Origin: an uncultured virus (IMG/VR IMGVR_UViG_3300020046_003388)
Lineage: Duplodnaviria > Heunggongvirae > Uroviricota > Caudoviricetes
Direction: 5' to 3' (one strand)
Virus record (IMG/VR): IMGVR_UViG_3300020046_003388
Length of the DNA: 64,000 nt
Below are positions 29,075 through 37,739 of the stretch, piece by piece. A program made the translations under genes and the position numbers. A model generated the notes under the pieces. That model saw only the letters and a list, made by a program, of their open reading frames with translations, was not told where the DNA came from and searched no databases. Within the stretch, counting starts at the first letter, position 1. Every line of letters begins with the position of its first letter.

Positions 29075-31384
29075 GTGTCCTTCGGGGTTAGCCCATACGG
29101 TACAACACCCTTTGGTGGAACTTCCTTGGTCTCAGGGGGGGTTTCCCTTGTTTCGTCCACTCCAGCTTCAGGTGCTACGGGGGTCTCTTCAAGTGCAAAC
29201 GTAACCTTTCAGGTTAACGCTCCAGCTGAGTTTGATGAGCTAACGCTATCCGTCAAATTCAACACGGTTGAGGTGATACGTAACGGAGAGTTCTTAGCTG
29301 GCTACAGCGGGACGATAGCGTTTGCAGGCCCAGACTTAGATGTAAGTGTAACCACCCACCCGGCCTTCTCCTTTGGGGCCGTGACCGTGGATATCACGGC
29401 TTACGACCTTGCAGGCACGCTAGGTTCGATTAGCTACAGCTTTACTATAGGACTAGCTCTGGATGCAGCCCTCAGTGGGGATGCCACCCTCGTAGGTAGT
29501 GTCGATACCATTCAAGCTCTGGATGCGGCTCTCAGTGGTAGCGCCACCCTCGTAGGGAGCGTAGACGGTATCCAACCCCTAGATGCGGCTCTCAGTGGGG
29601 ATGCTACTCTTGTTGGGGATGCCTACATTATTCAGCCACTTGCTGCCACCCTCAGTGGCAGTGCTACGCTTACAGGGGAACTAAGTGGCTCACTCTTTCA
29701 AGTTGTATCCGCCCAATCCCTCAATTCCGTTACCCTTGTAGTTATTTTCTCCAACCCACCAGACTTTACAGTAGCAAGCGTAGTCAACCCTGCGAACTAC
29801 ACCTTCAATGGTGGTTTGACGGCAGTTCGAGTTTTGCCAGATGCTAACCCTAACGCAGTTAGGTTGCTCACGGTAGAGCAAGACTACAAGTTGTATGTGG
29901 TCACTGTTGGAGGTACCGTTACTGCGGTAGGTGGGGCTACCGTAGACCCGCTAGCTAACTCTGGTACGTTTACAGGGTATCCTCTGACCCCAAAGTTCCT
30001 TGCGAGAGTGCAAGGACCTACAACGGTCAATGTCCTGTTCGCCCAACCTATGTTGGTCGATGCCGCACTAACGAATACCGCTAACTACACAATCCAGTCC
30101 TACTCTGGCGTAGCGATTCCAGTCCTTTCGGCTGTTGCCAATACTGGATCAAACGCGACTAGCGTAAGTCTGCGGGTAGGGGCGTTCCCTGCTGGAGTAC
30201 CTCAGGTCCTCACGGTATCCTCGAATGTAAAAGCGGCAGATGGGCGTATTACCCAACCCAACTCTGCGAACCTTACGTGGGGGAAGATTCAGAACAAGAC
30301 CTCCATCTCCCTTTCGAGCTTTACTGGGGAGGTAAGGGCGAGGAAGTTCTCCCCACTGGGGCTGAGCGAGACCTTACAACTGGAGAGTTCTCTCTCCGTT
30401 GTCCTAGCTCCTCTAAGGGAGGGTCCGGTAGAGGTAGAGGCTCTTTACGACTTTATTGACCTAGCAGAGGCCGTGACTGTAACCGGGTCTGGAGACCCTA
30501 CCACAAGTCACTCTATCTCAAATACGGACACGCTCCGAACCCATCTCTACGCCTCAGTTGCGGCTCAGCCAGATCTTCGTAACACGAGCGAAGTAAGCCT
30601 GGTAGATGAGTTGTTCTTCCAAGAGGGGTTGACGATTCTTCCGGACCTTGCTCAGGGTTTGGACCCTGCAATCTCGGATCTGTTCGGAAATCCAAATGGT
30701 CTTGTGTTCTTCTCTCCCTCTCTCAAGACCGGGGGGGCTCCTAGTTCCTCGCTAGCGGTAGATGAGGTGAAGGCCTGTACTCAGTCCTTTGATACGTACG
30801 AGTTCCCCAAGATTCTAGACCCCAACCCGTTCTACACGCATGGGGGAGGGATCAAGCCAACTCCAATCGCGACCCTCAACAACTCCGTATTCTATGCGGA
30901 TTTCTACCGTCTAAAGGAAGCGAAGTACGGAGTACAGGACAAAAGGCTAGATACCGTACCAACTGTAGTCGACCTTACCGCTAGCTTCACGTTTACGGAA
31001 GTCACTTACCCTCCAACGCGAGTAGCTCTACTGAACAACCCTGCTTGGGTGGTATTCAATAATGGGGTGGCGCCTCCCTACCCATTCATAACTACGGACA
31101 ACTTGAGCCCTATCCCAGTAGGAGCTGTAACTTACCGTAGGCAGTACGCAAATCCGGCAGAGGTTCTATCGCTTGTTGAAGATGGTCTTCAGACCCTAAC
31201 CGCAACGAGTGTGGCAGTTAGTGATACGCTCGCACTGTCTGAGGACTTCGACCTCACCCCTGGGGAGACCGTGGTTCAGGTTAACCTCGATGAGTCTCTA
31301 TTAATAGTGGAGGACGTTACGACGCAACTTGGGGTGAACTTCTTTGAGGTTCTGGAGCTGGTTGAAGGAGTCACGATCCTTTGA
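29075..31384 (+). CDS. Fibre-like structural protein with Ig-like domains and 20-aa repeats
   Basis: FGVSPYGTTPFGG N-terminus; Big_5-like STPASGATGVSSSANVTF; four LDAALSGxATLVG repeats; acidic xExLxLxE repeats. Confidence 0.65.
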   Translation: MSFGVSPYGTTPFGGTSLVSGGVSLVSSTPASGATGVSSSANVTFQVNAPAEFDELTLSVKFNTVEVIRNGEFLAGYSGTIAFAGPDLDVSVTTHPAFSFGAVTVDITAYDLAGTLGSISYSFTIGLALDAALSGDATLVGSVDTIQALDAALSGSATLVGSVDGIQPLDAALSGDATLVGDAYIIQPLAATLSGSATLTGELSGSLFQVVSAQSLNSVTLVVIFSNPPDFTVASVVNPANYTFNGGLTAVRVLPDANPNAVRLLTVEQDYKLYVVTVGGTVTAVGGATVDPLANSGTFTGYPLTPKFLARVQGPTTVNVLFAQPMLVDAALTNTANYTIQSYSGVAIPVLSAVANTGSNATSVSLRVGAFPAGVPQVLTVSSNVKAADGRITQPNSANLTWGKIQNKTSISLSSFTGEVRARKFSPLGLSETLQLESSLSVVLAPLREGPVEVEALYDFIDLAEAVTVTGSGDPTTSHSISNTDTLRTHLYASVAAQPDLRNTSEVSLVDELFFQEGLTILPDLAQGLDPAISDLFGNPNGLVFFSPSLKTGGAPSSSLAVDEVKACTQSFDTYEFPKILDPNPFYTHGGGIKPTPIATLNNSVFYADFYRLKEAKYGVQDKRLDTVPTVVDLTASFTFTEVTYPPTRVALLNNPAWVVFNNGVAPPYPFITTDNLSPIPVGAVTYRRQYANPAEVLSLVEDGLQTLTATSVAVSDTLALSEDFDLTPGETVVQVNLDESLLIVEDVTTQLGVNFFEVLELVEGVTIL
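29458..29690 (+). repeat. Coding tandem repeat, 4 x 60 bp
   Basis: CTGGATGCAGCCCTCAGTGGGGATGCCACCCTCGTAGG-like units at 60-bp spacing (LDAALSGDATLVGSVD). Confidence 0.85.
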
Positions 31385-31425
31385 TAACTTCTACCTCCAT
31401 TGAAGTCCTAGGCTGAGGAGATGAC

Positions 31426-32067
31426 ATGAAGGTAAATGAAGCTCTTAACCAGTTGGCAAGCCGCTTTTTTGGTGCTCTTCGTCCAAAGTATGAGGAGAAT
31501 GCCAGATTGGGTATCCGAGGGGATGTCTTTATCTCCTTGAGAGACGGGGCAAGTGGTGAACTTCAAGACTACCGGGAACGTCGGAATCTTATCGTAAAGG
31601 ATGCCTCGATCCTCGTCGCTCGTCTGATGAAAGACAGTGCCGAGCCGCCAAAGGGTATCTTTACGTTAGCGGTAGGTACTGGAGATACGGGGTGGAACCC
31701 TCTGGCTCCTCCTGCTCCTACGAACACTCAGAGGGCCCTCTACTCAGAGCTGACCCGCAAGACGTTTTCGCAGACCCGCTTCATTGACGCGGCTGGAATC
31801 CCGACTGCTACCCCAACAAATGTTGTGGACTTCACAGCAATCTTCACGGAGGCTGAAGCTGTAGGTCCCCTTGTTGAGATGGGTTTGATTGGTGGCAATA
31901 TCTCCACCAACCTCTCGGTTCGCAACCCAGTACTTCCTCCGAATGGGCCTTACAACCCAGCCGTGGACTTGACGACCAAAGAGACTTTGGTGAATTTCCT
32001 TACTTTTCCTATAATTTCTAAACCAGCTACCTCAACTCTTGAGATAACGTGGAGATTGAGTTTTTGA
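31426..32067 (+). CDS. Tail collar/fibre-attachment-like protein (paralogue of 18841-19374)
   Basis: GAGGAG RBS; NLIVKDA...LAVGTGD...LYSELTRK...AVGPLVEMGLIGG...TLEITWRLSF. Confidence 0.65.
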   Translation: MKVNEALNQLASRFFGALRPKYEENARLGIRGDVFISLRDGASGELQDYRERRNLIVKDASILVARLMKDSAEPPKGIFTLAVGTGDTGWNPLAPPAPTNTQRALYSELTRKTFSQTRFIDAAGIPTATPTNVVDFTAIFTEAEAVGPLVEMGLIGGNISTNLSVRNPVLPPNGPYNPAVDLTTKETLVNFLTFPIISKPATSTLEITWRLSF

Positions 32068-32079
32068 GTGGGTTAAGAT

Positions 32080-32913
32080 ATGAAGACCTGCACTAAATGC
32101 AAGACTCTCAAATCTCTTGATGAGTTTGTCCTGGACAAACGGCGTGCCGATGGGCGTGGCTCATGGTGTTTGGGTTGTTCCAGGACGTACTCCAAGGCCC
32201 TATACCAGCGTTCAGATCAGAAGGCAGCTAAGCAGCAATACTACATCGAAAACAAGACTGAGCTTAACGCCCAGTCACGTCAGCGTTGGGTCAAGAATAA
32301 AGTTCGATATAAGGTCGCCGCTGACAAGTGGTCTGAGGCAAACCGAGACTCTATGCTTTCTTACTATCGCCTTCGGGGAAGCGAACATAGAGCGGCTTTA
32401 GGGGTTTTGAAGGAAGGCAAGCCGTGTCTTGATTGTGGGGGGCTATTTCCTCCGTTCTGCATGGAGTATGATCATGTTCGAGGAGAGAAACGTTTTGCCC
32501 TAGGTAAGATGGCAAACCACCGTCTAGAGGCCGTGCTTGACGAGATCGCCAAGTGTGAGTTGGTGTGTTGTGCCTGTCATCGAGTGCGAACTAACATTCG
32601 CAAAGGACCTTCGAGTATCCCTAAAGTCCAAGAGTTCAGAACTTGGCTCAATGAGTTGAAGTCAGCCCCATGTTTGGATTGCGGTAAGACTTTTCATTCT
32701 GTAGCGATGGACTTCGATCATGTGCGGGACGTTAAGGTATTGGAAATATCTCAAATGTGGTCTTGGGGGCGTGATCGTGTACTGGCGGAGATTGACAAGT
32801 GTGAGTTGGTTTGTGCTAACTGCCATCGAGTTCGGACGCAGTCTCGTCGGGTAGGGGGTAAAGTAAACTCTACTGAGCCCGTAAATAATCGTTCAATGGT
32901 GGAGACTCAGTAA
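32080..32913 (+). CDS. HNH homing endonuclease with two tandem HNH zinc-finger domains
   Basis: N-terminal CTKC...CLGC; PCLDCG...EYDHV...KCELVCCACHRVRT repeated as PCLDCG...DFDHV...KCELVCANCHRVRT. Confidence 0.85.
   Translation: MKTCTKCKTLKSLDEFVLDKRRADGRGSWCLGCSRTYSKALYQRSDQKAAKQQYYIENKTELNAQSRQRWVKNKVRYKVAADKWSEANRDSMLSYYRLRGSEHRAALGVLKEGKPCLDCGGLFPPFCMEYDHVRGEKRFALGKMANHRLEAVLDEIAKCELVCCACHRVRTNIRKGPSSIPKVQEFRTWLNELKSAPCLDCGKTFHSVAMDFDHVRDVKVLEISQMWSWGRDRVLAEIDKCELVCANCHRVRTQSRRVGGKVNSTEPVNNRSMVETQ
32880..32906 (+). promoter_or_regulatory. Repeated element (copy 2), putative late promoter/RBS of the downstream gene
   Basis: CGTAAATAATCGTTCAATGGTGGAGAC; 25/27 identical to 2683-2709; ends 6 nt before ATG 32913. 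Confidence 0.5.
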
Positions 32914-35546
32914 TGGGAACGAAAAACTACGGACCAGCAGTTAGTGGCTTCCTCGACTCTGAGGGTAGGAATTGGGAGAATCCGGTTTTCCAGGCAGGTA
33001 AGCCTGTTCTGGATAAGGAGCTGAATCTCAGTGAGGACATTGCTAACTCGTTTAGCTTGGGCCTCACAAAGCAGCTAGCCACCTCAGGGTGGCTGACCGC
33101 AGACCACTTGAATAAGTCCAACCCAACTGCGGCAATGTTTGTGTCCTCAGCGACAGTAAACACGCTTGTCCTTGCGAACAACCTTAAGGCGCTAGTTAAC
33201 GGGTGGTTCTTAGATGTGGCCTCCACTGGCAACTTAACCCTAAATCAGATTAGTCTTGGGGCGGGTCCTGTAGGTAATGGGGCCAAGCGTACGGACCTAG
33301 TGATCCTTGAGGTTTGGCGCAAGCTTGTCTCAGCCTCACCCAGTACCGATGGTAAGAGCCCACTAGGTAGAATCTGGAAGAACGGTAACGTCAAGATTCA
33401 AGCTGCGGATGACGCAGTACTGAACTTTGCGGATGATATCCTGGATGCAGTAGTAGCCTCTGAGACCGCAAAGAGAGTCCAGATTCAATATAGACTGAGG
33501 GTTATCTCTGGGATCGACCTCTTTGCTTACCCAGCGGGCATTGACGACCCTGCCATTGTTGCAAATTCCACACCTGCTGGTGGAGTTGCTGACGGTGTTG
33601 CAACGCTCTTCACTTACACAAATCAAAGCGCGAATGGAGACCCAGGTCTCTGGAGAGCTGGAGATGGAGTTCCGAGCAACACGATAAGCTCTGTTGACGG
33701 GTACATCTACGCGATTCCTCTATGTGCTGTTTTTAGGCGCAACACCACTGCTTGGGATCGCAACCTAAACCAAAATGGTGGCGCACCTTCTCCTGGCCCC
33801 TCGACTCGACCTGATGGGTATCTAACGGATGTCCTAGTCCAGAAGGATGTCGTAGACCTACGACAGGTGACCTCAGTACGAGGTTGGGAAAACTATCAGG
33901 AAATCGGGGAGAAGAACTTCAACTTCCTCCTTGACAACGCTCTGAAAACAGAGTGGGGCACCTCTACTCTAGGTGGAGGTTCGGTAGGGCATACCTTTCT
34001 GTGGGCAGATGAGATCGGAATCCTACCTGGGGACAGCGTAACGACTGGAGATACTCCAGGAGCCCAACTGCTTGGGCAGTTCGACTGTACTCGCAGGTTC
34101 ATCTCGGATCGTTCCATCTACGAGGTCCTCACCTTCAAGGTGGCTCCAGGCGACCCTCAGGTATCTACTGGCACTTGGCAAGCGGGTACAATCGTAACCG
34201 TGAATCCAACGATACTTGCGCAGTACCCCTTTTCTGGGGCAGCTGTAGGGTTCATCAATCGAGCCCCAGCTGGGACGAGGATTCTAGACCTACTAGGAGC
34301 TAGAATTGGCGGAGTCCTTGGAGGCGAAAAGTACCTTGACGTTGGGATTATTCAAGCAACGGCCCCTGCAACAACCTCTTCGGTTTACCCGGTAACGAAT
34401 GTGACAGGACTTGGAGCGTACCCTCCTGGTAACGTAGCGATCACTCTAGGTACTCCTCCAATTGGTGGTTTGACTACGGAAGCAATCTACATTGACTTTC
34501 TTGTTGCCTACCCTTCCGGGGCAGGGTTGTCAAAGACCCCAACCGCAGACTTTGGGGCAGCTAGCTTTGAGGTGAACAACCCTATCGCCCTGACCGCTGG
34601 GGTGCCTGTATCCTACGCTGCAATGCAAACCAGAGCCTATGACTATGCACATAGAGAGGCTCAGATTCAGTACAAAACTTCGACGATCACTACAACCTTC
34701 TCAGCGTACTCGACCATAAACCCTGGATCGAAGTACCTGATGCCTGAGCGAGTGCTCAATCTTGTCCAAGTTCGAGTCAATGGCGGAGCCCTTCCTGGTG
34801 TTGGTGGGACGGTAGACGCTAGTGGTCGATTGCTGACGCTTGTTGGAGGTACTACGGCCCCTGGGGATGTTGTGGCTGTAGACTATGAGGCGATTCGACC
34901 TATGCCTCAGTGTGGCGTACAGATGACCCTGTACTACGAGGCACGAGCAGCTCAGACTGTTCGCTCAAGCCTGTTAGGTACCAGCCAGGTTCTCCAACCA
35001 CGTTGGGTCTCTCCCTTCTTGTACGTCTTTACTTCAGCCTCAGGTTCGCAAGGGGAAAGCTATCCCTTCCCTTATGGATATGTCCAGACGGGTGGCCTGA
35101 ACAAGTCTTCTGGTTCGTTTACCGGAGAGCATGAGCTAGACGGACCTCCCGAAATTTTCATCTCTGACTTTAACGCAAGTACTGGCTTTTTGAGAGTACC
35201 TGTAGTACTACCCTATTCGCCAACAGACGAGGTGACTCTAACTCGGGCGCTAATTGATGCAGATATCGAGGATAGGACCTACTTCACTGGCTCTTCGTCC
35301 AGTTACAAGCCCAGTGCATTCGCGCAGAGTCTATCGGACGAACGAGTCCACAAGGTAGTGCTACCTATGGTCATGGAGACGACGGTAGACACGACCTTAG
35401 GGCGTAAAGGGACTTTGGTCCTAGTCCTACTAAGCAGGTGGGCTGAATTTGACTCAGAGAACAGCGTCAAGTTTCTTGCGTCAGGTAACTCCACAACTGC
35501 AAGTATCTTCCGCCTCTCTGGAAATCTTCTCAACAGGAGAATCTGA
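32913..35546 (+). CDS. Baseplate/fibre-base structural protein (paralogue of 45941-50497)
   Basis: FQAGKPVLDKELNL, LEVW, RVQIQYRLRV, GDPGLWRAGDG, VDGYIYAIPLCAVFRRN and RPDG are shared with the 1518-aa protein. Confidence 0.7.
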   Translation: MGTKNYGPAVSGFLDSEGRNWENPVFQAGKPVLDKELNLSEDIANSFSLGLTKQLATSGWLTADHLNKSNPTAAMFVSSATVNTLVLANNLKALVNGWFLDVASTGNLTLNQISLGAGPVGNGAKRTDLVILEVWRKLVSASPSTDGKSPLGRIWKNGNVKIQAADDAVLNFADDILDAVVASETAKRVQIQYRLRVISGIDLFAYPAGIDDPAIVANSTPAGGVADGVATLFTYTNQSANGDPGLWRAGDGVPSNTISSVDGYIYAIPLCAVFRRNTTAWDRNLNQNGGAPSPGPSTRPDGYLTDVLVQKDVVDLRQVTSVRGWENYQEIGEKNFNFLLDNALKTEWGTSTLGGGSVGHTFLWADEIGILPGDSVTTGDTPGAQLLGQFDCTRRFISDRSIYEVLTFKVAPGDPQVSTGTWQAGTIVTVNPTILAQYPFSGAAVGFINRAPAGTRILDLLGARIGGVLGGEKYLDVGIIQATAPATTSSVYPVTNVTGLGAYPPGNVAITLGTPPIGGLTTEAIYIDFLVAYPSGAGLSKTPTADFGAASFEVNNPIALTAGVPVSYAAMQTRAYDYAHREAQIQYKTSTITTTFSAYSTINPGSKYLMPERVLNLVQVRVNGGALPGVGGTVDASGRLLTLVGGTTAPGDVVAVDYEAIRPMPQCGVQMTLYYEARAAQTVRSSLLGTSQVLQPRWVSPFLYVFTSASGSQGESYPFPYGYVQTGGLNKSSGSFTGEHELDGPPEIFISDFNASTGFLRVPVVLPYSPTDEVTLTRALIDADIEDRTYFTGSSSSYKPSAFAQSLSDERVHKVVLPMVMETTVDTTLGRKGTLVLVLLSRWAEFDSENSVKFLASGNSTTASIFRLSGNLLNRRI

Positions 35547-37669
35547 TGCCATCGAATAAAGATCCTTCTGTAGTGCTTCCAGGTGCGGGTAGGCTTGCGG
35601 CTGGGCAAGTCAGCGCAAGCTCAATCTCCTTCCCCTTCGGCGGGGCTGGAGACCTCCTGAACCACCTTGCGGACCCTACAGACGCTCACATGAGTGGGGC
35701 CATTGGTATCCCTGAGACCAACCCTGTCACGGGGCAGCCTCTGCTATCTAGCGTAAATGGTCCCTATGATGGGGAGTCCGTGATGGATGCCCTCACGGCC
35801 ATTGCAGACCTGTTCCCAACCCGTCCAGATCGAATTGGATTTGATGGGTCAATTGTAAACTCTGGCCTTACGAATTGGTCGAATGCTCTAAGTGCAAATG
35901 CGATCAAGGGTGGATGGACAGACGGAGCAAGTGGTATTGTGACCAAATACCTAACTCCAAACGGAAGTTTGGGGGCCCAGACCATTGGAGGTATGGTATA
36001 TCCAGCCGACCGAGGGGTTCTTGCGCTGTACAAGACGACAGCAGGTGACTTCTTCAATGCTGCTCAGACCACCCTTGAAATGGCTCTGTGGTTGGGGGTC
36101 AACCCTCCTCCTGCTGGCATCCCAGGGGCAGCGTTTGTAGAGGCCACGAGACCAACAGGTCAAACAGCGTATGTAGCTTCCGGGGCGGGTCTAGATAAGA
36201 TCTCCTTGTCGGCTAGACTTCCATACTCTGCATCCTACCCAGGACTAGAGTATACGGCTTTTGGTACGAACTTCTCGACCTACCAACTAGGTAAGTACAG
36301 CTTCAGTATCACTCTGATTGCTGGCGACAATGACAGCTATCTCCTAGTGCATTGGAAGCACACCTATGGGATATCCCTAGCTGCGATCCAACCTGCGAAC
36401 TTGACCGCACTGACCCTAGTCGCCACCAACTGCTTTTCAGCAGTGCCCTCGGATGGGGCTAACTACGACAATGCAAACCGTTCTTTGATTTTCTTGGATA
36501 CGGCTTCTGGAAGCGGGCCTACCCCAACGACGATCACCTCAGCACCCGCTGGGACTGTAACGGTCACAAAGTACTCTGGAGTCAACCACTACAACTCCAC
36601 AGGGCTTCAGTTCAACATTACAGCGAAGGCTACTGGCGTTTTCACGAACTCCTACTTCACGAATACCGTAGCCAGCGGTAGCGTTCCAGCGGCCTTCACG
36701 TCTGCTAGTACTCCAGTACAAGTCGACATGTCAGCCTTTGGAGGTACAGTGCAGAACATTGCGCTGTACAACAACACGAAGATCGTGAATGACGCTGGAG
36801 GTGCTGTATACACTACGGTAGCTCCTCCTTCAAGCGGACATACGGCTAGATTTGAGGATGCAACTCAGGGGATTGGCGCTCCTGGCAATGGTATTCCATT
36901 CCCGTATGCAAGCCTTTCCATCAACTGGAATGGCACCTTTACAGGGTCCGTCCTCCAGAGTAGTACAGAGGTGTATCTGTACAATACGGTTGGGGGAACT
37001 CTAACCACTCAGACCTTAGAGCCTTTCAACGACGAAGGCTATAGGCACATTTCTACGTTTGCAGCTAACAACCCTGTAACCCCCATTCTCCCAGCGGGTG
37101 GAGATGTATACGTATCGGCTACAGCGCTAGCAGCGAATGATGGGAACCTTCAGGTACTCTCAGGTCGAATTGCTTACCCATCGATCGACTTTACTGTAGC
37201 TCCTGTAAATCCAGTGACTGCTGGGTGTAACTATGCTGCGGTCCTTGCGGGAGATGCTGCAAACCATAAGCGTAGGTATGTCCGAGCGTTCAATACTGGC
37301 TTTGCTCGAAACACGGGTAAGCTGAGAATCACGGGATTGTCCTTCGCTTCTTTTGACACTGGAATTGCAGCTGTAGACCCAGCAGAGTTGACGGATCATC
37401 CTGGGGGCGCCATTGTCCAAATAAAGGTTCCTGGGGCTACCGGATGGCTTGACCTAGGTCGAGCAGACGGTCTACCAGACCTCGCTAAGGTTGCGGACTT
37501 CCGTGGTTGTCGCACAGGAATTGCTGGGGACGTGTACACTTTCGATACAGGTGGGTTCACGTCCGATAACGGCAGTGGTTTGTTTTTGCTCTTTGTTCGG
37601 GTGACTCTAATCAAGAATGGCACGGGTCAGACTCTTAACGTTCAAGAGATTGAGTGGCTTCCACCGTGA
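35546..37669 (+). CDS. Virion structural/fibre protein
   Basis: TGATG overlap; LLNHLADPTDAHMSGAIGI His motif typical of phage fibre shafts; T/G/A-rich. Confidence 0.6.
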   Translation: MPSNKDPSVVLPGAGRLAAGQVSASSISFPFGGAGDLLNHLADPTDAHMSGAIGIPETNPVTGQPLLSSVNGPYDGESVMDALTAIADLFPTRPDRIGFDGSIVNSGLTNWSNALSANAIKGGWTDGASGIVTKYLTPNGSLGAQTIGGMVYPADRGVLALYKTTAGDFFNAAQTTLEMALWLGVNPPPAGIPGAAFVEATRPTGQTAYVASGAGLDKISLSARLPYSASYPGLEYTAFGTNFSTYQLGKYSFSITLIAGDNDSYLLVHWKHTYGISLAAIQPANLTALTLVATNCFSAVPSDGANYDNANRSLIFLDTASGSGPTPTTITSAPAGTVTVTKYSGVNHYNSTGLQFNITAKATGVFTNSYFTNTVASGSVPAAFTSASTPVQVDMSAFGGTVQNIALYNNTKIVNDAGGAVYTTVAPPSSGHTARFEDATQGIGAPGNGIPFPYASLSINWNGTFTGSVLQSSTEVYLYNTVGGTLTTQTLEPFNDEGYRHISTFAANNPVTPILPAGGDVYVSATALAANDGNLQVLSGRIAYPSIDFTVAPVNPVTAGCNYAAVLAGDAANHKRRYVRAFNTGFARNTGKLRITGLSFASFDTGIAAVDPAELTDHPGGAIVQIKVPGATGWLDLGRADGLPDLAKVADFRGCRTGIAGDVYTFDTGGFTSDNGSGLFLLFVRVTLIKNGTGQTLNVQEIEWLPP

Positions 37670-37682
37670 CGGATAACGGCAT

Positions 37683-37694
37683 GAACCTTTTATC
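37683..37694 (+). promoter_or_regulatory. GAACCTTTTA motif (second copy), possible late promoter
   Basis: Same 10-mer as 18806; both copies lie in rare intergenic gaps upstream of structural genes. Confidence 0.3.
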
Positions 37695-37739
37695 GTCTGA
37701 GCTAGAGAGTTAGCTAGAGAAGCTGAGTAGGAAATTTAC

